Below, one piece after another: positions 34,468-42,178 of a stretch of 47,319 nt of DNA. The position numbers and the translations under genes were made by a program. Location: the sequence record NC_042046.1; one strand, written 5' to 3'. Source of the DNA: Escherichia phage C119. Within the stretch, counting starts at the first letter, position 1. Every line of letters begins with the position of its first letter. The notes under the pieces were generated by a model. It made no database searches. It was given only the letters and a program-made list of their open reading frames with translations, and was not told the DNA's origin.

Positions 34468-36057
34468 TTACCCCAGCAGCCGTGGATTGATATATACCTT
34501 GTCACCAATCAGGCAGGTATAGTTTTTATCATCAAGCATCGGGAGTAAGTGGTCTTTAATTTTAGCCATAACACCAGCCTGTGACTCGAAAGGTCGAACC
34601 TTACGCGCAGCTTCATAAAGTGAGCGCAAACCCACAACTCCTTTACTGTTCTTGCCTTGCTTGATAAGGATATCAATTAACTTGTTCATCTCAGCGTTAT
34701 CGCCAGCATGACCAGCTGCGTTAGCAGAAGATAAGTAAGTCTTGCTAAGTTCTTCAAACATCAATAAAGCCTCCTGCATCGTTTCCAGTCCAATCTCCCT
34801 GGACTTCTGCGGACTACCGCCATTTGGATTAAACCAGTTACGTATGGTGTGAAGAACGGCAGCAAGGCGAATAACCTGCTTATCCATTTTACCTAGTGCG
34901 CCACGGAGCATTGTGTGTGAATACTTGCCGCCATCCGCAAGGTGTGGCTCCATTTCCTGTCGAGCACGGTTAAGGTGCTTCATTGCTGAGTTACTAATAG
35001 TCAACTTCACATCTTGCTCACTCATAATTTCATGAACAAGACGGAAGTAATCAGCCTTCAACGCTCCGTCAATCGGCTCATATGTTGACTCGCCATTATC
35101 ATCGACGAAAACACGCTCACCAAGGAATGACTTTTCACGCACAAGCAAGAAACGTTCGGATACACCAATACCGCGAGCACCAGCATTCATGATTGCGACT
35201 ATTGTTTCATCCTGCGCAATTACAGAAATACACCCCATAGCAATAAAGCTCATGTTGTTCTCTGCGTTCGCACGCGCGATAGATACGTTACCAGCATCCC
35301 AGGCCTTAAGTACCAGTTCGCTGTTTGTTTTCTTTGTTCCATCACCATAGGTCATGCCAAGCAGTGAGTTGACGCTCGTCGCCTCATCCGAGATGACAGC
35401 GAAGCTACCCTGACGATGGTTAATGCGTGCCAGACCTTCAGGAGTAGTATCAGATACAGGGAATACGATGTCGCAAAGTTTCTCGAGCTTATCTTCCAGC
35501 TCCTCCTTCTCCTCAAACAAACCAGCCATCTCAGAAGGCGACTTCTCCTGCTTCATTTCTTTAGCCAGAGCCGACAGCTTGGCCATAATCTTTTTACGGT
35601 CACGCTTACGCAGATCGTTTAGTCGCTCAGTCTCTGCAATCATTGGAGCCAGAGACAGCGAGTTAATGGCGGATTTACCAGTTGATGGAGGCTGGCTGGT
35701 CACTACATACAGTGATGTTGGTTGTTGAGTTCCGTGATACTCAACCGTAAAGCGACCTAACATAGCTGCCGAGATGCAACCAAGGAAGTGCATATAAGCA
35801 GATGATTCAGGAAACTGAACAGAACGAGCAATGTTGCTTGATAGTTTGCCAACTACATCATAGTCGTTACCAAGCGAGATAACAGGATACTTGTCGCCAG
35901 TAGAATCAATCTCAACCGGAGCTTTCCAGAATGATGCGCTCTGGCGATAACCGTTCGCATTAATAGCAACACGTAAAGGAGGTAATCCATCCTGAGCGGC
36001 AACAGCCATTACTTGTTCAACAGTCAATTTGTCATCATTAAAATCAAACATTATCAT
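34468..36057 (-). CDS. Putative P-loop NTPase of unknown function (529 aa); full-length paralog of the ORF at 39457-40017
   Basis: Walker A-like VVTSQPPSTGKSA; N-terminus (MIMFDFNDDKLTVEQVMAVAAQDGLPPLRVAINANGYRQS) and C-terminus (VVGLRSLYEAARKVRPF...CLIGDKVYINP) are shared with the 186-aa ORF. Confidence 0.6.
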   Translation of the reverse strand: MIMFDFNDDKLTVEQVMAVAAQDGLPPLRVAINANGYRQSASFWKAPVEIDSTGDKYPVISLGNDYDVVGKLSSNIARSVQFPESSAYMHFLGCISAAMLGRFTVEYHGTQQPTSLYVVTSQPPSTGKSAINSLSLAPMIAETERLNDLRKRDRKKIMAKLSALAKEMKQEKSPSEMAGLFEEKEELEDKLEKLCDIVFPVSDTTPEGLARINHRQGSFAVISDEATSVNSLLGMTYGDGTKKTNSELVLKAWDAGNVSIARANAENNMSFIAMGCISVIAQDETIVAIMNAGARGIGVSERFLLVREKSFLGERVFVDDNGESTYEPIDGALKADYFRLVHEIMSEQDVKLTISNSAMKHLNRARQEMEPHLADGGKYSHTMLRGALGKMDKQVIRLAAVLHTIRNWFNPNGGSPQKSREIGLETMQEALLMFEELSKTYLSSANAAGHAGDNAEMNKLIDILIKQGKNSKGVVGLRSLYEAARKVRPFESQAGVMAKIKDHLLPMLDDKNYTCLIGDKVYINPRLLG

Positions 36058-36091
36058 CTCTCTCTAAATGCCCCCGAAGGGGCTTGATTAT

Positions 36092-36271
36092 TTACTTGAT
36101 ACGAACTTCAATCATCTGACCTTTATGAGGAAGATACAGCTTTGCGCGACCTCTAATCATTACGGTGATGATATTCTCCTTAAGGTCAACGTGAAGTACT
36201 TTGCGGAACAGTGGCCCCATTTTTACCATCATGCCAGGTTTGATGTTTTCGATAGTAGTCATGATATCCAT
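36092..36271 (-). CDS. Hypothetical protein (59 aa)
   Basis: Minus-strand ATG 36271 downstream of cassette copy (motif 36337-36355, leader 36290-36320); just below the ORF-track size cutoff. Confidence 0.5.
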   Translation of the reverse strand: MDIMTTIENIKPGMMVKMGPLFRKVLHVDLKENIITVMIRGRAKLYLPHKGQMIEVRIK

Positions 36272-36353
36272 TTTTTAGCCCTTTTAATGTATTTCGTTTC
36301 GATGAAGAGAATATATCAATTTTTGTTGTTAAGGTCTTTAGCAAAAAGTGCCA

Positions 36354-36470
36354 TTAAAGACCAACCAGACATTTGCCAACTACAACAGCGATTGCGCCCA
36401 TGAAGCCAAAGAAACCAAACTTAATTACTTGTTCCATTACCGCATCAACTGCTTTAGAGATGTTTTTCAT
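36354..36470 (-). CDS. Small membrane protein (38 aa)
   Basis: ATG 36470 with AAGGTG RBS; hydrophobic helix FGFFGFMGAIAVVVGKCLVGL; the longer ORF-track version would span a cassette motif. Confidence 0.45.
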   Translation of the reverse strand: MKNISKAVDAVMEQVIKFGFFGFMGAIAVVVGKCLVGL

Positions 36471-36555
36471 TTTGTTCACCTTAGTGTTTGTCTTCTTGAT
36501 GGAAACAAATATACCCGCCGAAGCGGGTAGTGTCATTAGCAAAAAGTGCTATTAA

Positions 36556-36750
36556 TTAAAACCTTTCGCCAGATGATAGCTTATTACTAGGCATTTTATC
36601 TATGAAAGTTTCAAGCAACCATTTTCTAGTAATGAAATCAACCACGCAAAAATAGCCTCTATCTTTGCAGTATCTGTACTTAGTGCCGTGTTGTATAGAC
36701 TTGCAATAAATTGAATCTTTTGTTATGTAAATTCTTACTGTCTCATTCAT
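36556..36750 (-). CDS. Hypothetical protein (64 aa, Cys-containing)
   Basis: ORF-track ORF in the minus-strand small-gene array. Confidence 0.5.
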   Translation of the reverse strand: MNETVRIYITKDSIYCKSIQHGTKYRYCKDRGYFCVVDFITRKWLLETFIDKMPSNKLSSGERF

Positions 36751-37100
36751 TTGTATTGGCTCTCGAATTTATAAGTTCCGCAAACAGTTGTAAATCCAAC
36801 ATCTTCAGAGCGAATCAGCGTCCATGAGTCACCATCTTCATCAAATATTTTACCAGCGTTCTGTCCAAGAGATGCGGTCATTTCTACCTGATAGCGACGA
36901 CCTTGCTTGAATGACTTTGATACTCCTGATTTATGGTTAACAAATGTGACATAAAGAGTCTTAGTCTTGATGTAACGCCCCCGCTCAGTGAGATTTTGCC
37001 ATTTACCATGAATCTTGATTTGCTCAATACCATCTTTAACGCGAGCTTTAAACAGATTGTTATCTGAGCTGATCCAGTTTTTAGTGATAGTGGTAGCCAT
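36747..37100 (-). CDS. Hypothetical protein (117 aa)
   Basis: ORF-track ORF, coupled to the downstream gene. Confidence 0.55.
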   Translation of the reverse strand: MATTITKNWISSDNNLFKARVKDGIEQIKIHGKWQNLTERGRYIKTKTLYVTFVNHKSGVSKSFKQGRRYQVEMTASLGQNAGKIFDEDGDSWTLIRSEDVGFTTVCGTYKFESQYK

Positions 37101-37125
37101 TACTATTTTCCTTTTTGGTTTGTTA

Positions 37126-37428
37126 TTAGTTAGCGTTATGACGTTCGATATAGTCGCGGATTGTTTCGCCTACGCTTTTAGCGGCACCAAAAGTGCCCTT
37201 TGCGTGGCGTGAATCGCGGTACGTCTGGAAGAATTTACGAGCGATGTTTGCGAACATTGAACCAGTCACGCGAGCATCACCGAAATTTGTTTCGATAGCG
37301 TTGCTAATGCCATCCTTGAACTCATTTTCAGTCATGAACATCTCTGCCATGCCAGCAGTCTCGAAAAGGTTAGCTAATTCATTCATGTTGTTATGGTCTT
37401 CGGCTGTAAACAGGTTCATGTTAATCAT
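37126..37428 (-). CDS. Hypothetical protein (100 aa)
   Basis: Preceded on the minus strand by cassette leader attcatctcatcgaaacgaaactaa. Confidence 0.55.
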   Translation of the reverse strand: MINMNLFTAEDHNNMNELANLFETAGMAEMFMTENEFKDGISNAIETNFGDARVTGSMFANIARKFFQTYRDSRHAKGTFGAAKSVGETIRDYIERHNAN

Positions 37429-37502
37429 CTTCGTGATTCTTTAGTTTCGTTTCGATGAGATGAATATACAATAAAAGCCCCGAAGGGCTTTAGCAATTCG
37501 TG

Positions 37503-37655
37503 CTATTTCTTTGCTGCTTTTGCAATTGCCTTCTGGACGATGTTGAAGCTCTCAATCAAATCTTCTTTGAAGTAGTCACCAACAGGCCAACCCTTACCGC
37601 TGTACTTGGCTATGGTTTCTAGATCGTAATAGTTCAAGTCAGATGGCTTTAGCAT
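37503..37655 (-). CDS. Hypothetical protein (50 aa)
   Basis: ATG 37655 adjacent to the upstream stop (TAA-ATG); stop TAG is the TAG of a minus-strand cassette motif (37489-37507). Confidence 0.4.
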   Translation of the reverse strand: MLKPSDLNYYDLETIAKYSGKGWPVGDYFKEDLIESFNIVQKAIAKAAKK

Positions 37656-37895
37656 TTACTTAACCTCATCAAAAGTTGCAATACCAGGAATAAACACTCC
37701 AACCTTCCAGCCTGTAATGGCAATCCATCCAGAATCGTGCTTGTGTGGTCGCTCAGCGCCATTAATAACCCATTCGTTCGGGATTGCCTTGCCGTTAATG
37801 ATTAGACGCTCAGCGTCGTATAAAGAGCCTTTTACGAATGGTGTTAGTATTTTCTTGTCGGTACTTGTAATGCAATTGGTGCAGCGAATTTTCAT
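37656..37895 (-). CDS. Hypothetical protein (79 aa)
   Basis: ORF-track ORF with GAGG RBS. Confidence 0.55.
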   Translation of the reverse strand: MKIRCTNCITSTDKKILTPFVKGSLYDAERLIINGKAIPNEWVINGAERPHKHDSGWIAITGWKVGVFIPGIATFDEVK

Positions 37896-37905
37896 ATCTC
37901 AATCC

Positions 37906-38085
37906 TCAAATAAATGGTAAACATTCGACGCAGCCAAGTCCATCGCAGCACAGAAATTCATCTTCTGACTGGAATTGCTTAGCCAAATCAATGTCCAGCT
38001 TTCCGCGCAGCACAAGGTTGGTGTAAACTTCGTTAAGTCCAATCAGTGCGCATTCGTGGCGCAACTCGTCTTTATCAATCTTCAT
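37906..38085 (-). CDS. Hypothetical Cys-rich small protein (59 aa)
   Basis: Minus ATG 38085; C-terminal CCDGLGCVECLPFI; overlaps neighbours. Confidence 0.4.
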   Translation of the reverse strand: MKIDKDELRHECALIGLNEVYTNLVLRGKLDIDLAKQFQSEDEFLCCDGLGCVECLPFI

Positions 38086-38269
38086 AACGCTCTACCTCGA
38101 AGTTGTATACCATTACGTTTCTATCATGCTTGTTCTTTATCACCATTGACTCAAGCTCTTCGTATACAGCCACTACATTGTAAACACCACCAGGCTCAAG
38201 GCCGTAGAATTCGTACTCTTCATCGTCAAAACCATCCGTTTTACTTAGTGCTGTTATTTTTACCTTCAT
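38075..38269 (-). CDS. Hypothetical acidic protein (64 aa)
   Basis: First gene after minus-strand cassette copy (motif 38325-38345, leader 38270-38292). Confidence 0.55.
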   Translation of the reverse strand: MKVKITALSKTDGFDDEEYEFYGLEPGGVYNVVAVYEELESMVIKNKHDRNVMVYNFEVERYED

Positions 38270-38616
38270 ATCTATCTCCTCGTTGTTGATGAGTTTACTA
38301 TAGCCTTGCCATCCCCATTTGTCTTTAGCAAAAAGTGCTATTCGTCAGATTTATGGATTGTTGCAGGCATTGCGATGATTAGCATGACTATTACACATAA
38401 AGCAATATTTCATCGATTGCAATGATTTTCTGGACTGTTGCGAATTTATCAATGATTGATGGATTGATGGAATGAAGTGAGGGTTGTATCAACTAGTTGG
38501 TTGGTTTTAGCTTTCACAAGGAGCTTTCCTTTATGTACGCGTTATGGCTTGTTCAACCGTGTAGAGAAATTGCCATATTTACGCCATCCACGCCAGTTTA
38601 CGCGCTGGTTACAAAA

Positions 38617-38686
38617 TAAATCCCTTATATAACAACCATTTAGATTTATTATTATTATTATTATTATATATGTTATTCCGTAACCA
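38617..38686. repeat. AT-rich element copy B with (TTA)7 microsatellite
   Basis: aaatcccttatataacaaccatttagatttattattattattattatatatgttattccgtaacc; direct repeat of the element at 18357-18424. Confidence 0.8.
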
Positions 38687-38941
38687 TGATTATCTGAGAT
38701 ATTGGTGATATTTTTTGATATTGCGCGGCGCATAAAGATTTAGATAAAGAGATAGGGATGCAAGCGGGGTGGCGAAAATGGCTTAACATACCATAACGGC
38801 AATAACAGCCTTGATACGACTAGCGTCAGCATGTAACAATTTAGCATAACGTGCGATTACCGAGTTGAACGTGTAAATAACGCTTGCGACATTCACCAAT
38901 CATGGTAAGATGCTCTCACACCAAACGAGAGGAGTAGTAAA

Positions 38942-39457
38942 ATGAGTAATACAATTCGTGAAGCAAACCCGACACTTGGCGACCTGGTGCGGCACCTTGT
39001 TAAGATGGCTCTTAATTCAGAGGATGGAAGCGTAACAGTTCCCGTTAAGTTGCTTTACAAGAATCTTTACGGAGAAATTGATAACGACTATGTAGCAGCT
39101 GACTTTAGACCTGGCGGCAAATATTCACTTCCAAAGCTTAAGGCTTCCTATGTTTCAAATACAGCCAGCAGAATGCAGGAAGTTAAAGACGCAGATAAGC
39201 GCGCAAGGTTCTCTTGTGGAGAGATGGAGTATAATGGTGATGAGCATTATTGCGTAAAAATCACAATGGTCAACGGTGCTGTTAAGAATGGAACCCGAGC
39301 TAAGACAAACAGTCAATTAGAGGAGAAAGCGGTAAGCGAGTTTAAAGCTAGGCTACTTAAGCTTTCCCCCAGCGTAGCAGGAATGAGTGGAGATGAACTG
39401 AAGGGTGCGGTAGCTATGATTAACGCATATCAGGAAATGATTAAGGAGACTAAATAA
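38942..39457 (+). CDS. Hypothetical protein (171 aa)
   Basis: ATG 38942 with GAGGAG RBS; first gene of the rightward operon after the 650-bp noncoding region. Confidence 0.6.
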   Translation: MSNTIREANPTLGDLVRHLVKMALNSEDGSVTVPVKLLYKNLYGEIDNDYVAADFRPGGKYSLPKLKASYVSNTASRMQEVKDADKRARFSCGEMEYNGDEHYCVKITMVNGAVKNGTRAKTNSQLEEKAVSEFKARLLKLSPSVAGMSGDELKGAVAMINAYQEMIKETK

Positions 39458-40017
39458 TGTTTGATTTCAACGAGGATAAGTTAACTGATGACCAGGTGAT
39501 GGAAGTCGCCAGGCAAGATAACCTGCCGCCACTTCGTGTGGCAATCAGTACTAATGGATACCGCCAATCATTCAATTTCTGGCCCAGCGCCGAAGAGATG
39601 CTGTGCGTCAAGTTGAGCTACAAATACGGTGTCGTAGTTAGCAGGATTAGCCGCCATGGCTGGAATGGAGTGGTTGGCATTCGATCTCTATACGAGGCAA
39701 TACGAAATGTCCAGCCATTCGTCGGGCGCGAAGGGATTATGCATGACCTGACAAATAACATCATCCCAGAACTACAAGAGGCGGGAATTGTTTGCCTCAT
39801 TGGCGATAAGATTTATGTTCATCCGGCCCTGGTTGAGATGGATAAGGACGACGTGCAAAACTGGTGCAGTCAGTGCCGATCCGACGTGCCACGCTCAAAC
39901 TACGTGCCACCGCAAACAACAATCCATGGCTATAATGCCGATGAGGTGGAGAAGGCCATACAGTTCTACCGGAAAGCGAAAGCTCTCCCGAATGGTGAAT
40001 ATAGCACAAATTGCTAA
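39457..40017 (+). CDS. Truncated paralog (186 aa) of the 529-aa NTPase-like protein, lacking the central P-loop core
   Basis: N-terminus MFDFNEDKLTDDQVMEVARQDNLPPLRVAISTNGYRQS and C-terminal block VVGIRSLYEAIRNVQPF...CLIGDKIYVHP align to the ends of the 34468-36057 product; AAGGAG RBS; stop inside a cassette motif. Confidence 0.65.
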   Translation: MFDFNEDKLTDDQVMEVARQDNLPPLRVAISTNGYRQSFNFWPSAEEMLCVKLSYKYGVVVSRISRHGWNGVVGIRSLYEAIRNVQPFVGREGIMHDLTNNIIPELQEAGIVCLIGDKIYVHPALVEMDKDDVQNWCSQCRSDVPRSNYVPPQTTIHGYNADEVEKAIQFYRKAKALPNGEYSTNC

Positions 40018-40074
40018 ACAATAAATTGGGTAGTCAGCTATGATTACCCTATCAACAACAAAGAGGAAATAACC

Positions 40075-40305
40075 ATGAAAGCTGTAATTATTGAAGGTTT
40101 CGCAGGCGCTCGCACAGAGGTGTCAACCTCAGTACATTACGAAGGCATCGTGAGTATTGATATCAACTTCGGTAACCATGGCGACGGATGTGCGCTTGCT
40201 CACTATACTGCCTACCAAGCGCGCAAACTGGCGGCGGCGCTTATTCAGGCGGCTGAGGGGATTGAGAATGGTAAGGGTTACACTGGTCGGCGTAGAAGCG
40301 AGTAA
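40075..40305 (+). CDS. Hypothetical protein (76 aa)
   Basis: ATG after a complete cassette (39998-40074). Confidence 0.55.
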   Translation: MKAVIIEGFAGARTEVSTSVHYEGIVSIDINFGNHGDGCALAHYTAYQARKLAAALIQAAEGIENGKGYTGRRRSE

Positions 40306-40355
40306 ATTCAGTATCATAATTGAAGCAAATGACAACTAAACGATAGGAAGCTAAC

Positions 40356-40589
40356 ATGATTACCATTAACCTTTCAGAAGAGCATGCTGCCGAGATTAGG
40401 GCTATACTAATGCATTGCCTTAGCCGCAAGATGTTTAGCGCGTCAGAATCGCTTACAGAGGTTGTAAATCAGATTCGAAATCAGGAGTTTGAAGATATAC
40501 TGCCGTGGGAAGAGGACTTGGCCTGGCTTGAGTACGAGCAGATTTGCACGGCACTATCAGGCTGCCAACTGGCTAGCCAATACAAGTGA
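40356..40589 (+). CDS. Hypothetical protein (77 aa)
   Basis: AGGAAG RBS. Confidence 0.5.
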   Translation: MITINLSEEHAAEIRAILMHCLSRKMFSASESLTEVVNQIRNQEFEDILPWEEDLAWLEYEQICTALSGCQLASQYK

Positions 40590-40707
40590 CAATCTACGAA
40601 CACAAATTCAGCAGCAGGGGTATCGATATGCTCCTGCATTACGTAGACGAGAGATACGCCATGTTAATGCAGAAGACGCATGGCGGCACAATAACGAGGA
40701 TTGAGAT

Positions 40708-40869
40708 ATGAGCTTGAATTTTTTTAAAACTAGCATAATTGAAGTTGATGAGGCAGTTTACTTTCACGAAAATCACGGATTCGACACCGAATGCCTTGCT
40801 GATGAGGGTATGGTACTTATTGTTGAGCGAGATGAGTTTTCAGAAAACGTAAAATGGAGTGAAAAATAA
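40708..40869 (+). CDS. Hypothetical protein (53 aa)
   Basis: ATG 40708 after ACGAGGA; TAATG overlap with the next gene. Confidence 0.4.
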   Translation: MSLNFFKTSIIEVDEAVYFHENHGFDTECLADEGMVLIVERDEFSENVKWSEK

Positions 40870-41120
40870 TGAGCAAGTACAACCGACAGATTGTTGGGCT
40901 GAATGGTAAAGTAACAACCATTGATGTATATCGGGTTCTGGATGCATTCCAGGTAACTGACCCCGCAACTCAACACGCCATTAAGAAAATGCTTTGTAGT
41001 GGGTTGCGTGGGCACAAGGACTATTTAACAGACCTTGATGAAGCTATTGAGTCGCTTAATAAGGCTTATGAACTTCGAAAGCAGCGTGATGAGCTTGGAT
41101 ATGTTTATTTCAGTAAATAG
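40869..41120 (+). CDS. Hypothetical protein (83 aa)
   Basis: ORF-track ORF; stop TAG is the TAG of the cassette motif at 41115-41134. Confidence 0.55.
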   Translation: MSKYNRQIVGLNGKVTTIDVYRVLDAFQVTDPATQHAIKKMLCSGLRGHKDYLTDLDEAIESLNKAYELRKQRDELGYVYFSK

Positions 41121-41192
41121 CACAAATTGCTAAACATCCATCGCAAGGATGCGTTACCATTACTTTATCGAAATTAGACGAGGAAAGATTAA

Positions 41193-41321
41193 ATGTGTGG
41201 ATATGATGAGTTGCCAAGTGAATGGTGTAAAAAAATGATGGATGAGGCTAAAGATGGGGATGAAGTAATGGCGTACTTTGAGTTGATGAACATGTGGCGC
41301 GAACGTGAGGAGAAGAAATGA
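41193..41321 (+). CDS. Hypothetical small protein (42 aa)
   Basis: ATG after cassette leader, GAGGAAAG RBS; ATGA-coupled to the next ORF. Confidence 0.4.
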   Translation: MCGYDELPSEWCKKMMDEAKDGDEVMAYFELMNMWREREEKK

Positions 41322-41611
41322 AAATTAACGTATTCACTGGCAACTTATTGGCAGCCAACGATTCTGAGGGTGGAGACGGCAAGCGAGCAATTCATATGTG
41401 GAGTAAGAAACAAACAATGAGGCGCATATCTATTGATGAGGCAATTAAAATTGGTAGCTTCGTTTGCTTGTGGGTATGTGATGGTGAGCTTCAAGCGGAA
41501 CAGGTTAGGAATGGTTACGTATATACTGGATATGATGAATATGACGATGAGAGAGAATTGTTTCAGCCTGCATTTTATCTCGACGCTGAATTTTACATCG
41601 CTGGAGAATAA
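41318..41611 (+). CDS. Hypothetical protein (97 aa)
   Basis: ORF-track ORF. Confidence 0.55.
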   Translation: MKINVFTGNLLAANDSEGGDGKRAIHMWSKKQTMRRISIDEAIKIGSFVCLWVCDGELQAEQVRNGYVYTGYDEYDDERELFQPAFYLDAEFYIAGE

Positions 41612-41614
41612 CCC

Positions 41615-41749
41615 ATGATATGGATTCACACGTACTACACTGGCAAGTTCAATAGCGTAATGCACAAACGAGTGTATGACAGCTATGAAGCGGCAAAGGC
41701 ACAGCAGGCAGTCCTGGGTGGCGATATTCAATCTTACAAGAAGGCTTAA
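41615..41749 (+). CDS. Hypothetical small protein (44 aa)
   Basis: ATG 41615 after GGAGA. Confidence 0.35.
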   Translation: MIWIHTYYTGKFNSVMHKRVYDSYEAAKAQQAVLGGDIQSYKKA

Positions 41750-41751
41750 TC

Positions 41752-41991
41752 ATGTTCGGACTTACTCAACCACAATTTAATGCAGTTCGCGCCCAAGCTA
41801 AGAAACTTAACGAGGCGGTGGATAAGCTGACAAGCAAGCAGAAGCAGGATAATGACATCATGAAGGCGATTATCTGTGAGTTTCATAGCCCAGTCAGTAC
41901 AATCATCGAGAAGATGAAGTTTGTTTGGGTTGCAGGCTATCTTGCTGGTCGCGTAGGTAAGCGTGAAGATGGGGAGCAGATTTATGACTAA
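41752..41991 (+). CDS. Hypothetical protein (79 aa)
   Basis: ORF-track ORF. Confidence 0.5.
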   Translation: MFGLTQPQFNAVRAQAKKLNEAVDKLTSKQKQDNDIMKAIICEFHSPVSTIIEKMKFVWVAGYLAGRVGKREDGEQIYD

Positions 41992-42178
41992 ATCACTAGG
42001 GAAAGTCAGATGTATTGTGTCTTACAATGATAAGAAGTTCAAAACTGGTAAATCTTACAGCATTTTGTCATCACCCGCATATGGTTGGGTTAAATGTGAG
42101 TCAGAAGATGGGTGTATAGAGATGGTTAAAGATGGCATTGACATTGAGTTTGGTTACTTTGAGGTATTTTATGACTGA
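41984..42178 (+). CDS. Hypothetical protein (64 aa, Cys-containing)
   Basis: ATG 41984 overlapping the upstream stop (ORF track begins at GTG 41963). Confidence 0.45.
   Translation: MTKSLGKVRCIVSYNDKKFKTGKSYSILSSPAYGWVKCESEDGCIEMVKDGIDIEFGYFEVFYD

Noticed and set aside
35416-35728. Plus-strand ORFs opposite the 529-aa gene
   Set aside because: Ser/Leu-rich antisense products within a coherent minus-strand gene.
40489-40707. ORF 40489-40704 and a 27-codon ORF at 40628-40711
   Set aside because: They overlap each other and the end of 40356-40589 in different frames; neither has a convincing RBS, so the region was left unannotated.
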